Shown: positions 29,928 through 32,000 of the stretch, one piece after another
How positions within the stretch are numbered: position 1 is the first letter of the stretch
How the letters are laid out: each line of letters starts with the position of its first letter
NCBI GenBank assembly: GCA_054661495.1
Contig: BAAFSQ010000011.1
Location: 30,001 to 62,000, forward strand
DNA: 32,000 bases
Direction of reading: 5' to 3'
From: Zygophlyctis sp. KS116
Lineage: Eukaryota > Fungi > Chytridiomycota
The notes under the pieces: generated by a model
What the model was told of the DNA's origin: nothing
What the model saw: only the letters and a program-made list of their open reading frames with translations
The model's database searches: none
Position numbers and translations under genes: made by a program

Positions 29928-32000
29928 ATGGCTTGGAGGCCTCCACTTCCGAATACTGCAAAAGCGAGAAAGAGCAGCACTGGAAAATGTTGGATTGCCA
30001 TTCTCCCGAATGAAATTATGGCTGTTATTTTGTCTAATTTGGATCCAATTGAATTAACAAGAGTTACAGCTGTTTGTAAACGTTGGCATAATGTTATTTC
30101 CGATGATTCTTGCTGGCGATTGGCTTTGCATACAGCATTCGGCTCACTACCAGTGAGGAGAATAACTGCCGGATCTTGGCGTAGAGAATATCTCACGCGA
30201 AGGGGCCTATTGAAAGAATGGGGAAGAGGTCGGCAGGCAGTTACTTTTGAACCGAGGATTGGTAAAATACAGGTCGCTTATATGTCCTGGGATGATTGTA
30301 GGCTATATGCCGGATCAGTAGAAAAGGGGATGGTATCAGTATGTCAGCCCCTGAGTGGGAAAGTAGAAAAGGAATCTATATTTTGTGGAGATGAAGATAG
30401 AGTACCAATGCAACTAAGTATATTAAAGGTTGATGGGTATGAGTAAAGTTTTTTCTGATATCTAGAAATCGTATTATTATTGGTCATTTAACTGGACAAT
30501 TGGCATTGATTACAAACTTTAAGGATCGTATGGAGTACTCTGTTAAAAGGTTTCAGGGATTTCATGATGGGCCAGTTAGTTGTATTTCCTGGTCTAATAA
30601 TTTTACAAATGCTATCCTAAGTGGAGGTGTAGATACAGTAATCAAGTTGTGGAATGTGTCTGATGGGACATGTCGTAGGAATTTGGTGGGAGCGCGGAGT
30701 AAAGTACGTCTTAAATGATTTTAATATTAGATCATATATATTAGTTTTGATAGTAAAAATCATGTTTTAGCATCTTGTGAAGATGGGAAAATTTTGATTT
30801 GGGATTTGGATATTGGATTGATTTTAAAAGAATCGGAATCAACAAGTATAAATTCAATAACAGCAAACAGAGTTGTCTCTTTTGATCAAAGGATTGCTTT
30901 AAAGTGTTTGATTTATGATCCAGATTCAAATACTTGTTTAACTGTTTATCCAACATCTTCAGCAGTTGGATTGAAGAGATGGAGTGTGAAAGATTCCTCT
31001 ATAGTTTGCAGTTTTGATGATTCTCACTCTTTAGAGATGACTTGCGCTGTATGGGATAGATTGGTTTCGGGAAAAACAGAAAGAAATTCTAGTATTTTAG
31101 TAACTGGAGATAAGTCTGGTAAAATATGTGTTTGGGATATTCCAGAATCAGGATCAAATACTCCTTTAGTACCACTTAAAATAATATCAAATGCGCATCC
31201 AATGTCTCTTTCTCTTCTATATCTGGACCCATTCAAAATATTGTCGGTGGACATATCTGGTATAATTAAAGTATGGGATTTGATGACAAGTAAATGCATT
31301 CGAGCATTTAATGTCCCTAAAAATTCTAGAGACCCTGAAGAAATCAATGAACAAAAGACGGTGCATCTTGTTTGTGTAGGACCTTATCAATTGATTGCAG
31401 CAATAGGAAATTCCATCAGATCATGGAATTTTGACTCTTTTTATGCTCTTCAGTTCTCAAGCAAAAAGAAAAGGGAAAAATTGTTAAGTCCAAGTCATTC
31501 CCGCTCTGCTGGGGGTTCTCGATCTTCTTCTAAATTACAATCTCGATCTCCTCGTCATCAATTCCTTACTGAAATGAGAGAGGAAATCTCTTGGGTTAGT
31601 GAGGATCGAGAATTTGAAAAATATAAGAGTGAACAACAAAATCGATTAAGTGTTAAGTTTAATGGGTTATCACCAACTAATAAATCGGGACTCACAGAAG
31701 ATGAAATGATCAGTTATGCAATGATGCTCTCTATGGAAGAAAATGAACCGAATGATGGTTTAAGAATCAATGCAAGTTATTCTCAATCAATTCCAATGAA
31801 AAGTCCTAATAGACATTACAATGCCTCTACATCTAGAATCAACTCTTGGAATGATCGATTTAAGTCTGATGAATGGGAAGAAAATGATGAAGATCCTGAT
31901 ACAGCAGCATATTATTCCCCATCAAGATCCAATTCTCTTGAATTAGATTCATCGGAATGGTTATCTACATCTGACGGGAAAAGAAGAATATTTTATGGAA
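29928..32000 (+). CDS. F-box/WD40 protein with UIM-like motif (Pof10-like), runs off the right edge
   Basis: F-box LPNEIMAVILSNLDPIELTRVTAVCKRWHNVISDDSCWR; WD repeats (GFHDGPVSCISW...SGGVDTVIKLWN; TGDKSGKICVWD); UIM-like LTEDEMISYAMMLSMEE near 31691-31741. Introns 30437(or 30443)-30465 and 30704-30730. Confidence 0.85.

Noticed and set aside
908-31347. Shadow ORFs in the track (e.g. 908-1096, 3084-3425, 8080-8334, 11141-11335, 14376-14690, 14775-15209, 24026-24304, 29912-30196, 31024-31347)
   Set aside because: They lie antisense to well-supported genes and have compositions mirroring those genes' codon bias or repeats.
1-32000. Alternative genetic code, readthrough or frameshifting as the cause of fragmented ORFs
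   Set aside because: Every break in the conserved genes is resolved by a short GT-AG intron, and TAA, TAG and TGA all serve as true terminal stops.
1-32000. U12-type (minor) or AT-AC introns
   Set aside because: None of the placed introns has a (G/A)TATCCTT donor or a TCCTTAAC branch site. A GTATCCTTAAC string on the minus strand near 17120-17130 could not be placed in any coherent gene model.

Overview
Eukaryotic, AT-rich and extremely gene-dense window. It is most likely from a zoosporic (flagellated) fungus such as a chytrid: it has axonemal RIB43A alongside fungal-type SFC1, MIC26, Pof10-like and Mlp1/TPR genes. I reconstructed 18 protein-coding genes by hand (two run off the window edges), a U2 snRNA gene, one decayed gene fragment and a 40-bp direct repeat. 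The dominant signal is the genome architecture. All 51 introns I could place are only 23-31 nt (mean about 27), nearly all GTA...AG, with frequent AAG/GAG acceptors and mostly no recognisable branch-point consensus. The ORF track is fragmented because of these introns. Genes are packed almost without spacers: 7 nt between the HDDC3 stop and the STT3 start, 32 nt between the divergent RAD23 and UPF3 start codons, a 38-nt coding overlap between UPF3 and a dipeptidase, and 6 nt between two convergent stops. AATAAA often overlaps or closely follows stop codons. Several genes better known from animals are present (HMMR-like, HDDC3/MESH1, DNPH1). All gene calls rest on motifs recognised by eye; no database search was run and no RNA data were available.
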